Source: a virus (Duplodnaviria; Caudoviricetes). Taken from it: a stretch of DNA of 56,544 bases. How positions within the stretch are numbered: position 1 is the stretch's first letter; each line of letters begins with the position of its first letter. Both the position numbers and the translations under genes were made by a program. The stretch covers positions 1 through 56,544 of the IMG/VR virus record IMGVR_UViG_3300042987_000761; one strand, written 5' to 3'. Below the pieces are notes generated by a model. That model did not search any database, was not told the DNA's origin, and was given only the letters and a program-made list of their open reading frames with translations. Below, piece by piece: positions 39,327-47,638 of the stretch.

Positions 39327-39692
39327 CTACCACGTGACGGTGGTCGAAACGGTGTGACCATTATCAGACTGATAAGTCTTTACCAACGGCTCGTCGTGTG
39401 GACCGAGCAATTTGTCAAGCTCTAGATCGTCGGTCAGCCGGTCCCGCGCCAGCTGCGCGTAGCCCACTAGATCGACCCATGAATCCGGGTATCTCGGGTC
39501 GCCATTTACGATCCGCGCCATCTTGTGGCAGATCATATCAAGCGATTCTTTCATGTACGACGGCATGAATTCGTACGACCGGCCATGCCGGATTATATCC
39601 TTCAGATCGATCGCGAGTTTCGCCTGTTCGCGAAAGTCACCATAATTCTTAGCACGTTCACTTATGATCTTGTGTATTGACTCTTGACTCAT
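39327..39692 (-). CDS. DUF6378-like protein
   Basis: ERAKNYGDF...ESLDMICHKMARIVNGDP...DSWVDLVGYAQL. Confidence 0.8.
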   Translation of the reverse strand: MSQESIHKIISERAKNYGDFREQAKLAIDLKDIIRHGRSYEFMPSYMKESLDMICHKMARIVNGDPRYPDSWVDLVGYAQLARDRLTDDLELDKLLGPHDEPLVKTYQSDNGHTVSTTVTW

Positions 39693-39825
39693 CGATTTTC
39701 TCCCTAGTGGTCATACGATGTTTGCATTTCACGTTCTTACACTCACGACGACGCTTTATCGAGTTATCAACATTTTTGTATGTCAATATCACGTGCGTCG
39801 CCGAATCACACTTCACACATTTCAT
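39658..39825 (-). CDS. 55-aa NrdR-N/Ogr-like zinc-ribbon protein (not in the ORF track)
   Basis: MKCVKCDSATHVILTYKNVDNSIKRRRECKNVKCKHRMTTREKI...; ATGA overlap with the datZ stop. Confidence 0.75.
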   Translation of the reverse strand: MKCVKCDSATHVILTYKNVDNSIKRRRECKNVKCKHRMTTREKIDESRVNTQDHK

Positions 39826-40361
39826 ATACCCATTTCCTTTCGGACTTCGAACAATCCCGATCGAATTTTCAAATCCGGATAGTCCTTCTCATACCGATCG
39901 ATCATATCATACATGGTATCATATAGGCCAGATAGTACATTTTTGGCGTGATCGCCGATGCCGTTATCCTTTAAGAACCAGATCGCTTCGAGTATGTCTG
40001 CAAGCTTCACTATCATACCATGCACAGTGCCTTCGGCTTGACGATACATGCCACCGTACTCGGGCATGAATTCTTGCTCGGCATCCAGCATATTCGCACC
40101 GCGTGATTCCAATGCACGTTTGAATGGCGTCGGCATATCACCGGTGTAAATCTCTACGATATCGTGCGACATCGCCCAAGATATCAAATCCAGCTGCTGC
40201 GCATAATGAAACCGGCCATTCCACTCGATCGCGGTAGCGATTCGCATCGCGATGCCGATCACGTTGAATGAATGCTCCGCTACCGATTGCGATTTTATCG
40301 TATTTACTATCGTCCATCGTTTGGTGTACGACGCACGTAACCACTCATTCGCTTTCATCAC
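39822..40361 (-). CDS. datZ: HD-domain (deoxy)nucleotide phosphohydrolase, DatZ-like dATPase
   Basis: KRW...QSVAEHSFNV...HDIVEIYTGDMPTPFK...VKLADILEA; next to purZ. Confidence 0.8.
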   Translation of the reverse strand: MMKANEWLRASYTKRWTIVNTIKSQSVAEHSFNVIGIAMRIATAIEWNGRFHYAQQLDLISWAMSHDIVEIYTGDMPTPFKRALESRGANMLDAEQEFMPEYGGMYRQAEGTVHGMIVKLADILEAIWFLKDNGIGDHAKNVLSGLYDTMYDMIDRYEKDYPDLKIRSGLFEVRKEMGI

Positions 40362-40590
40362 GTACTTTCATCATTGCATCTGCTTGTGCATATGCAGTTC
40401 GAGCATTTGATTCGAGATGATGCGGTTCGACATACCCTTTATTGTTTATCACTAGACTCTGTACTATCTTCGCTGCGAAGTAATCGCGCAATGTCATGCC
40501 GGTGTGCACATAACGCTGATTACTCTGCGGATGGTCGAATGTGAGTGGGAATGCTAGATACTCTTCTTTAGGTTCTACGTTATCAGACAT
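40345..40590 (-). CDS. Conserved small phage protein
   Basis: AFP...GMTLRDYFAAK...AYAQADAMMK. Confidence 0.75.
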   Translation of the reverse strand: MSDNVEPKEEYLAFPLTFDHPQSNQRYVHTGMTLRDYFAAKIVQSLVINNKGYVEPHHLESNARTAYAQADAMMKVRDESE

Positions 40591-41104
40591 GGCGCATAAT
40601 CCTCGTATTTTGGTCTACTCTCCAAGACCGTTGTTCATTAATATCCATCTTGTCCATGATGGCCTTCTGTATATCGATGCCGTTCATATGCGCGACATCG
40701 AGCAGCAGTATCATGATATCGCCGAATTCAAGTGGTGATTTCGGATCACGCGCATACTCACCAAGTTCCTCGTACAGCTTAAGCAGAACATCTGCGGTCG
40801 TGCGATTCGGGAAGTTCGAATCTGCCCATTCGACGATACGATCCTGCAGCTGCTTAATATCGGCACCAGTGCGCTTGTGGTATGCAGACACTGCTCGCAA
40901 TGCGAAATCGGCATTGATGTCGCACGAACCAGTTACACCCTTGTATATATCGCGTGTCTCGAAATCCGCGACCGGCAAGCCATTGGCATCGACCAGCAAT
41001 GCGGGATTGCCTTCGTGCTTGCGCCATGGTAGCGGGTTCATCTCATCGGTGTACCCGATCGCCTCAAAAATCGGCATAATCAATCTCCCTAATATCTGCG
41101 TCAT
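40583..41104 (-). CDS. mazZ: MazG-like/DUF550 dNTP pyrophosphohydrolase (MazZ-like) with an N-terminal extra domain
   Basis: EWADSNFP...KLYEELGE...EFGDIMILLLD...KMDINEQRSW; directly downstream of purZ. Confidence 0.8.
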   Translation of the reverse strand: MTQILGRLIMPIFEAIGYTDEMNPLPWRKHEGNPALLVDANGLPVADFETRDIYKGVTGSCDINADFALRAVSAYHKRTGADIKQLQDRIVEWADSNFPNRTTADVLLKLYEELGEYARDPKSPLEFGDIMILLLDVAHMNGIDIQKAIMDKMDINEQRSWRVDQNTRIMRHV

Positions 41105-42086
41105 CCGGACCGAAGCAAAGGTAATCCGGTCCCCATCCAGTACCGTGCATCCTACGAATGATGTCGGTCAGTGTGTCCTCGTTACAATAATCCGCGAATG
41201 TCAGCACCGTCTTGGTCGATAAACCCGCGCAGTGTAGCATCGCGTGTTGGTATTGTACATCCGAGAATTCGAAGATGCGACGCGGCAGCTTGGTCACCGT
41301 GGTGAGTTCAGGCTCGCGGCCCAAATCGCCCCACGATATCTCTTTCTGCCCCGGATACGCCGGACCCGATGTGCCATCACGATTGTTCACGCGAATCGGG
41401 AACGTACGCGCCACCATCCATACTGTGATTGCTGGTGCCCACACGAACGGTAATCCACAGTCTGCCGCGATCTGCCACGGCGTCACGTCGCGTGATGTGC
41501 AGTACGGCCAGTCACCATGATACAGCGACAGCCCGAATCCTTGTGCGCCTTCGACCAGCAGCGTCCTCGACTCGTTCAGGATGCGGTCGTATTCGAATCT
41601 ATCGACCACGAACTGCCCCAATGGGTGATTCGCGAATCCGAGCTTGGCTACCGCTTTCGAATCCGGATCGCGCATGATCCGATCGACCATCGCCGCGCCC
41701 ACGCCTTTGGTGGTGGATCCAATTTTGGTCATGCCGAGCGATTTCTCGCGCTCCGCGTGGTCATCACGCACTACCGCCGCGTGTTCATGAATCACCAGCC
41801 GCTGACCGCCGGTCATATACTGTTGTATTTCTCGCTGCAGGGTACCCGCATGAATCAGCGATCCCGGTCCGAGCATGACGGTCTTCACCGTCGGACCCGA
41901 TACGCCGACCGGCAGCTGCTGCACCATCATCTTCAGGCCCCGTGCGCGGTCATTGTAGGTATGACCAGCTTGTGTGCCATACGAACATACCACCGTGTCA
42001 TACGGTACGCGCTTGGCGAGCCAGCCGGACACGCCGCCCTTGCCACACGAACCCCACATGCCGTCCATCGTTAAATCGATCTTCAT
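41064..42086 (-). CDS. purZ: PurZ, 2-amino-deoxyadenylosuccinate synthase (PurA paralogue)
   Basis: DGMWGSCGKG has Ser where PurA has catalytic Asp (QWGDEGKG); AGHT, IGSTTKGVG, EGAQG..LS, PYCTSRD, TTVTKLPRR. Confidence 0.9.
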   Translation of the reverse strand: MKIDLTMDGMWGSCGKGGVSGWLAKRVPYDTVVCSYGTQAGHTYNDRARGLKMMVQQLPVGVSGPTVKTVMLGPGSLIHAGTLQREIQQYMTGGQRLVIHEHAAVVRDDHAEREKSLGMTKIGSTTKGVGAAMVDRIMRDPDSKAVAKLGFANHPLGQFVVDRFEYDRILNESRTLLVEGAQGFGLSLYHGDWPYCTSRDVTPWQIAADCGLPFVWAPAITVWMVARTFPIRVNNRDGTSGPAYPGQKEISWGDLGREPELTTVTKLPRRIFEFSDVQYQHAMLHCAGLSTKTVLTFADYCNEDTLTDIIRRMHGTGWGPDYLCFGPDDADIREIDYADF

Positions 42087-42113
42087 GAATGCCCTCTATA
42101 GGTTAGAATGTGT

Positions 42114-42122
42114 ATTATAACA
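42114..42122 (-). promoter_or_regulatory. Extended -10 promoter upstream of purZ
   Basis: TGtTATAAT in the pol-purZ intergenic region; -35 is weak. Confidence 0.55.
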
Positions 42123-42144
42123 TAATCGTACGGGTGACGTAGTA

Positions 42145-43965
42145 TCAGCCTTTCGCCGTGTACCAGTTGTCACCCACACCCCAATCGCAGGTGATCGGCA
42201 CCCGGAACCGCATTTCGCACGACTCTCCGTCGAATGTCGTATATATCTTCGCTATCGCCTCCGGATTCGCGTCCTTTTCGAGCGATATCCCGACTTCATC
42301 ATGTACGGTCAGCAGCAGCCGCCCCGCGTCATGCTCGGTCAGATACCTGTCGATTTCGATGAGTTTGACCTTCATCGCATCGGCGCTGGTGCCTTGGTAG
42401 ATCAGCCCCGACGCCTTGTGCGTAAACTGCCCACCCGGAAACCGGATGTGACGACCCATCATGGTCTGCACGTACCCCCGCTGTTTAGCGATCGCGGATG
42501 CCTTCTGCTGCATGTTGCGCATTCCCGGATTCGCGGTGTGGTACTTCTCGAAGATCGCCAGCGCCTCCGGTCCGGGCTTCACGAATGGCCGACCATCCGG
42601 CATCGTCTCTTCGGTGCACGGTAGTCCGATTTCCTGCGCCAATCGACCAGCGCCCATGTTGAATGCCAGCCCGAGATTAATCGCTTTGGACGATGGGCCA
42701 CCCGCATATTCCGCATTTCGAGGAATTCCGGTCATGTCGGATACTAGCTGGTGGAAATCCAAGTTCGGGTTGTCCTTGTATGCCTTGAGAATGGCGGGGA
42801 CTTGCCCGTAGTGATTAGCGACTCGAAACTCGAACTGCGACCAATCCATACCAAGCCATGCTGCTCCTTCGTCCGGGAGAAAAATGGGGCGTACCAGCGA
42901 CTTGATTTCTTTATCCCGAGACGGTATCTGCTGCAATGCAGGATTAGTAACTGATAGCCGACCGGTTCCGGTGCCAGCTTCAGCGTCGTTTTTAGTCTGG
43001 TTATAGTTACAGTGAATAACACCGTCATTGTGATGTCCCAATATGTGACCAGACAGGAATGTGTCGCGGGTTTTAAGCATTTTGCGCAGGTCGAGGATCA
43101 TCTTCGCCGCCGGATGCTTCATGCGCCGCAAGCACTCTGCATTGATCGACGCCTTGCCTCCTTCGGTCTTATCAGCGCGGGTTCCGTCATTCAGGTACCA
43201 CTCACCGTCTATCTCCAGCTTCGGCTCGAATAGCTTCGCAATCGATCCGGAAGGGTTCGGGTTGACCTCGAATCCGGCCATGGTATTCAGATCCCGCTGA
43301 GCGGTCTCGATGCGCTTCGTGAGGCCACGGACGGCCTCCTCTGCCCGATCGATGTCCACCCGCACACCGCCCTCTTCCATCCGGATGATGACCGGCAGCA
43401 GCCGACGCTCCAGCTGATGAACCTTCGACAGCTTGCCGATTTCACCTTCCTGCCACCGGTACAGCTTCATCGTCGCGAGCGCATCCTGTTTCGCATACCG
43501 TGCCACCATGTCCTCAGGCGCACGAGATATATTTGGCATCTGAGCGTTGCGAGTAGCACGACCACCGAAAAGGGTAGCCATCTCCTCATATATCTCCGAA
43601 TCCTTGCGAGTACCTGCATATTTACGAGCCAAGAAATCAAGTTCATAGGTAGGTTCGTGTTCGGATATCAGAGCGGCGCGGATCATGGTGCAATCGATCC
43701 GATCGTCCGGCAGCTGCACCCCCGCCTCGCGCAGGAAGTGGTAGTCGAACTTCAGATTATGCCCGACCCACACCGTGCGCGGATTGTTCGCGATCAGATC
43801 ACTTAGCCAATCGATAAATTGAGGAGCCGTTCGAACATCGAAATACCAAGTATCTTCGGTCTCCGTACACAGCGAAACCCCAAAAACGCGGTCGTTCCAC
43901 CAGTGCAGCCCGGTCGTCTCCGTGTCGATCACCAACACTTTCGGATTCTCTATGCGCGGAAACAT
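42145..43965 (-). CDS. dpoZ: Family A DNA polymerase with 3'-5' exonuclease, DpoZ-like
   Basis: ExoI DTETTG, HNLKFD, YAKQD; TGRLS..P.LQQIP; motif A DWSQFE; motif B KAINLGLAFN; motif C TVHDE; adjacent to purZ. Confidence 0.85.
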   Translation of the reverse strand: MFPRIENPKVLVIDTETTGLHWWNDRVFGVSLCTETEDTWYFDVRTAPQFIDWLSDLIANNPRTVWVGHNLKFDYHFLREAGVQLPDDRIDCTMIRAALISEHEPTYELDFLARKYAGTRKDSEIYEEMATLFGGRATRNAQMPNISRAPEDMVARYAKQDALATMKLYRWQEGEIGKLSKVHQLERRLLPVIIRMEEGGVRVDIDRAEEAVRGLTKRIETAQRDLNTMAGFEVNPNPSGSIAKLFEPKLEIDGEWYLNDGTRADKTEGGKASINAECLRRMKHPAAKMILDLRKMLKTRDTFLSGHILGHHNDGVIHCNYNQTKNDAEAGTGTGRLSVTNPALQQIPSRDKEIKSLVRPIFLPDEGAAWLGMDWSQFEFRVANHYGQVPAILKAYKDNPNLDFHQLVSDMTGIPRNAEYAGGPSSKAINLGLAFNMGAGRLAQEIGLPCTEETMPDGRPFVKPGPEALAIFEKYHTANPGMRNMQQKASAIAKQRGYVQTMMGRHIRFPGGQFTHKASGLIYQGTSADAMKVKLIEIDRYLTEHDAGRLLLTVHDEVGISLEKDANPEAIAKIYTTFDGESCEMRFRVPITCDWGVGDNWYTAKG

Positions 43966-43970
43966 AGCGA

Positions 43971-44240
43971 TCAGAATGGTAGGTCATCGTAGAATTCCTT
44001 GCCCACTTCGCGACTGGTCGTGCTGGCCGAAGGCGGTGGGTCCTTGCGATTGATCGCGATCGAGAAGTATTTCTGCCCATCGAGCTTCGATCCGGGTCTG
44101 CCTTCCTTAACCCACGCGGACATCCAGTATTCGACGCCCTCGACGTTGATGGTGCCGGTATACTCGGGATGCGTGTCCTTCTCTTTGCGCTTGTTACGAG
44201 CGAGCATGCCGGAATTGGTGTTGTCGTATTCTTTGTTCAT
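43971..44240 (-). CDS. Small ssDNA-binding-like protein
   Basis: HPEYTGTINVEGVEYWMSAW and SSB-type acidic tail DDLPF. Confidence 0.7.
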   Translation of the reverse strand: MNKEYDNTNSGMLARNKRKEKDTHPEYTGTINVEGVEYWMSAWVKEGRPGSKLDGQKYFSIAINRKDPPPSASTTSREVGKEFYDDLPF

Positions 44241-44254
44241 ATGCTAATCTCCAG

Positions 44255-45670
44255 TTAAATTTTATACCCATTAAGACCTTCGACGATATCTAGGGTATGC
44301 TTAGCTCTCGTCATCCCGACATACCAGACGCGAATCTCGTCATCGGGCTTTTTCTCCGCAGTTTCGGTCACTTTCTGCGTAGTATCCGTAAGTAATATGA
44401 CTCTATCGGCTTCATGACCTTTTGATGCATGAATAGTAGAAAGCCGCAGACGAGGCACACTATCGAGATTAGCATCACGATAAAAGTCAATAACCCTAAA
44501 TGGAATATCGAGTGCAATATAGAACGGCTTAGATAGTATGGCCTCATAATCGTTCTTCTCAAGATGTCCTCTAGTCTCTGGCGTCGCCACGTTATATAAC
44601 GCGGTGCGTTCGGATTCCTGCAATATCGCGCCACTCTTTAACTTGTTATACGCCATCACGCCCTTGGCATATTTATTCTGATACATGCCCGGTCTGCCCG
44701 ATTCTCGCAGATAAGGAATGCGTCTGTCAATCAGGTCCTTTTCGATCTCTCGCAAGACCGAATGCGTCCGTCCCAACAATAGGATATCCTCTTGTGGTGA
44801 TATCGCCACCGAGTTGATGTTACCGTGTACCTGTACGGATCCCATATCCGGTCGGGGATTGAACTCCTTATCGACGCGCAGAGTGATTCGACGTATGAGC
44901 GCTTGCGATCTTTGGTGCACACTAACAGGTAATCGATGTGATACCGATAACACTTGGCTATCACCGCTGTGCTTCGCGATGAATCGAGCCATGCCGTGTG
45001 GATCGGCCCCCGACCATGCGAAGATCGCCTGATCGTCATCACCCGCGATATGGATTTCTTCTGCACCTTTCGCAAAGCAGTCGATGACCCGCCACTGAAG
45101 AGGTGATAAATCCTGTGCTTCATCGACGAATATAATTTCGGCGTCAGGGTGCGACTTCTTTTTGGCGACTCGCTCCAGCATGTCGGTGAAGTCGTAAAAT
45201 CCATAAGTATCCTTCCAGTCAGAATACGCTCGAAGAAACATATTGAACTCGGCGCGGGTTCCGGGTCTGGTGCTGTAGTCATACACGATCGCAGGATCAG
45301 TGAAGGTATTCCGTGCATAATTGATGATGTCCAGATAAGAATCGCCGTCTGCTCGTTCTTCGTCGTCCTCGGGTGACTTGCCGATCACCGGCACACCGAC
45401 GAGTGACGAGAATTCGCGCAGCTTTGCAGGGTCCACCACCTGTGACTGCTTGAGATTCAGCAGACGGAAGCACATCGAGTGAATGGTGGATACATTGTTG
45501 CTACGTTTAAGGCCCAAGCGTGACAATGCCTCGCTCGCCGCCGCACGTGTGAATGACACGAATGCGATACGCTCGGCTTGGACACCGGATGACTTGGCTT
45601 CGGCGACGCGACGTAACATCTCGGTCGTCTTACCAGTCCCCGGTGGGCCGTAGATAGCGTAGACTTGCAC
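44255..45670 (-). CDS. UvrD/Rep-like superfamily 1 helicase
   Basis: GPPGTGKT, SFTRAAA, VDEAQDLS, AGDDDQAIF, STIHASKG.E, YVGMTRAK. Confidence 0.93.
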   Translation of the reverse strand: MQVYAIYGPPGTGKTTEMLRRVAEAKSSGVQAERIAFVSFTRAAASEALSRLGLKRSNNVSTIHSMCFRLLNLKQSQVVDPAKLREFSSLVGVPVIGKSPEDDEERADGDSYLDIINYARNTFTDPAIVYDYSTRPGTRAEFNMFLRAYSDWKDTYGFYDFTDMLERVAKKKSHPDAEIIFVDEAQDLSPLQWRVIDCFAKGAEEIHIAGDDDQAIFAWSGADPHGMARFIAKHSGDSQVLSVSHRLPVSVHQRSQALIRRITLRVDKEFNPRPDMGSVQVHGNINSVAISPQEDILLLGRTHSVLREIEKDLIDRRIPYLRESGRPGMYQNKYAKGVMAYNKLKSGAILQESERTALYNVATPETRGHLEKNDYEAILSKPFYIALDIPFRVIDFYRDANLDSVPRLRLSTIHASKGHEADRVILLTDTTQKVTETAEKKPDDEIRVWYVGMTRAKHTLDIVEGLNGYKI

Positions 45671-45954
45671 TAGCGGTACCTCGGTACGCAGGTCACATCG
45701 ACCACCACATCTGCGGTGTAATTCGACACTTTACGCTTGCTGAACACCATCGCGGCTCGCAGACCACTCGACTCGCATTCCTGCACCGCGAGAATGACTT
45801 CATTCCTGCTCATCGGGTGAATGCTCTTATCGAGTATCAAGTCTTGTGTTCCATCGGTGTTGCTGCTGGCGTAATATTTACTCGGCTTGTCGGATGAACA
45901 TCCATACATGATGAAGATGAATAGCATCACGCAGCATAAAAATAATATTCTCAT
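45670..45954 (-). CDS. Putative lipoprotein
   Basis: Hydrophobic signal followed by IMYGC. Confidence 0.65.
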   Translation of the reverse strand: MRILFLCCVMLFIFIMYGCSSDKPSKYYASSNTDGTQDLILDKSIHPMSRNEVILAVQECESSGLRAAMVFSKRKVSNYTADVVVDVTCVPRYR

Positions 45955-45975
45955 ATCTATCCTCTAGTAGTAGGT

Positions 45976-46044
45976 GGGGTACTCACCGCACAGGATTTAT
46001 CCTTAACAATCGTGGTTGACGTTAAGCAAGTGCAGCTTTCCCCC
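45976..46044 (-). ncRNA. Candidate structured RNA with loop-E-like internal loop
   Basis: GGGG/CCCC, GAA/AGUA, GCUGCAC/GUGCGGU and CUUAAC/GUUAAG pairings found by eye. Confidence 0.45.
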
Positions 46045-46049
46045 GTACA

Positions 46050-46787
46050 TCAGAACTCTTCTGCGACCTCTGCAGATTCGTCGTAATCAGCGTTGACCTT
46101 CACGCCGCCCTTCGAGATAACCTCGTACAGCTTCTCGGCGCGGTCGTATATCTCCTTCGACACGAATCCGATCGGGGTTACGTTGAAGTTATGATACTGT
46201 TCATTCCGAGCGTTGGTCTCGACGACCGAAGACAGCTTGTACGCACGTGAGAATGAGTCGGTCTCGGTCAGGCGCATGAGCGAATTCCAGCGCTTGGACA
46301 CTTTGACCTTCGACTTGGCCATCGATACCACTGCTTCCGACCATTTGTCACCATGCAGGACCAGCACGAAATGCTGCGCGGTATCCGAGATTTCGAGACC
46401 TTCCTCGTTCAGACCCGCGATCGCGGCTTCCGCGTCTGATCGGGTGTTGAATGCTCCACGGAATCCGTTGGTGCCGCCACCCATCTTGCGATCCTTCCAT
46501 ACCAAGAACTGCTTCTGGTAGTACACCGGAACGACCATCACTTCGAGACCGTATAACTCGCGTGTGACGTTGTTGAACATCATGCCCTCATCCGCACCTT
46601 CGATGTAGGCAGGGTCCGATTTCTTTCTAGCCGGTGATAGCGCCTGAATGAGTTCGATTCGCGGAATGATGACGTCTTCGGATCCGACGTTTTCAGCTCC
46701 TCGATTCGACCCCTTCTTCAGAAATTCTGGTATGTCGTCGGTCACTGCGAATGCTTCAACCTTCGTCACTGCGTTGCTTTTAGCCAT
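46050..46787 (-). CDS. Putative ssDNA-binding/annealing protein
   Basis: IPRIELIQALSP, SKRWNS, acidic tail EEF; in the replication module. Confidence 0.65.
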   Translation of the reverse strand: MAKSNAVTKVEAFAVTDDIPEFLKKGSNRGAENVGSEDVIIPRIELIQALSPARKKSDPAYIEGADEGMMFNNVTRELYGLEVMVVPVYYQKQFLVWKDRKMGGGTNGFRGAFNTRSDAEAAIAGLNEEGLEISDTAQHFVLVLHGDKWSEAVVSMAKSKVKVSKRWNSLMRLTETDSFSRAYKLSSVVETNARNEQYHNFNVTPIGFVSKEIYDRAEKLYEVISKGGVKVNADYDESAEVAEEF

Positions 46788-46800
46788 GTTAATTCTCCTT

Positions 46801-46856
46801 AAATGGCGTGGATATCAGACACACCGAAGTGTGCCACTTACTACCGCTTGCGCGGA
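46801..46856 (-). promoter_or_regulatory. Structured 5' leader with GCAA and UUCG tetraloop hairpins
   Basis: CCGC-GCAA-GCGG and GGCACAC-UUCG-GUGUGUC directly upstream of AAGGAG. Confidence 0.5.
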
Positions 46857-46857
46857 T

Positions 46858-47292
46858 TCAAGACTTGGTGATCGATGCACGAGTGAATGGTGACACATTC
46901 AACAGCTCTTCCGGCACTACTTCACCCTCGCGGACCATGTTCTTAACGGTTGCCTTCAACGTGCTTGGATTGATATTCGGCTGTATCAGATCGCCGCGCC
47001 CATTATCGCGTAGCCATGTGTAGAACAGCTCCTTGCTGCCCTCCTTGATCGATACATGCATATCTGCGGTGAGCGACACACGCCCCACGCCCTCGACATT
47101 CAAATTACGAATACCTTGATCTTCCATCTCTTGCGGTATCTTGGTGATACGCAGAAAGTCGAAATGCTTATTAAATCTCTTGAGTTCAGCCTCGGCGTTG
47201 TCCTTGTCGGTCTGCACACGACGCATCTCGCGGATGAGTTCCATCAGCGTCATGCCGTCGTACATCGAGAATTCGTTAGTATCAAATGACAT
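46858..47292 (-). CDS. Conserved replication-module protein
   Basis: WLRDNGRGDLI...INPSTLKA motif. Confidence 0.75.
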   Translation of the reverse strand: MSFDTNEFSMYDGMTLMELIREMRRVQTDKDNAEAELKRFNKHFDFLRITKIPQEMEDQGIRNLNVEGVGRVSLTADMHVSIKEGSKELFYTWLRDNGRGDLIQPNINPSTLKATVKNMVREGEVVPEELLNVSPFTRASITKS

Positions 47293-47617
47293 CGCGATCC
47301 CCTTCGAGGTCTATGCGAATCGGAGTGTATGTGTGATCGCGGTTGTTCCACTTCAGGAAATTGAACGAGCTGCCCTTTTCACGCGCAAGCGCCATAGCAA
47401 TGCAAGCGATGATAGGGCTACCAGATGGAGCGAGGTAATCTTCAGCCGGATTAAAATTTCTAAGACGGTCGCGAATATTGTTGACAAGTTTAACATTATG
47501 TAATGAACTCAGTGAACCGGAAACTTCTGAAGCGCATAAGAATACGACATCACCATAACGCTCGGCTGGGCGATAATTGGCAACGGCGACTTCCTGCGTG
47601 ATGTATACTGTAGGCAT
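47282..47617 (-). CDS. Conserved hypothetical protein
   Basis: Start MPTVYITQE after GAGAGG; DYLAPSGSP, FLKWN. Confidence 0.7.
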   Translation of the reverse strand: MPTVYITQEVAVANYRPAERYGDVVFLCASEVSGSLSSLHNVKLVNNIRDRLRNFNPAEDYLAPSGSPIIACIAMALAREKGSSFNFLKWNNRDHTYTPIRIDLEGDRDVI

Positions 47618-47638
47618 CTCTATCCTCTCGGTGGAATA

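Noticed and set aside
41064-42086. Ordinary purA auxiliary metabolic gene
   Set aside because: Catalytic Asp is replaced by Ser, and the mazZ/datZ/polA context indicates purZ
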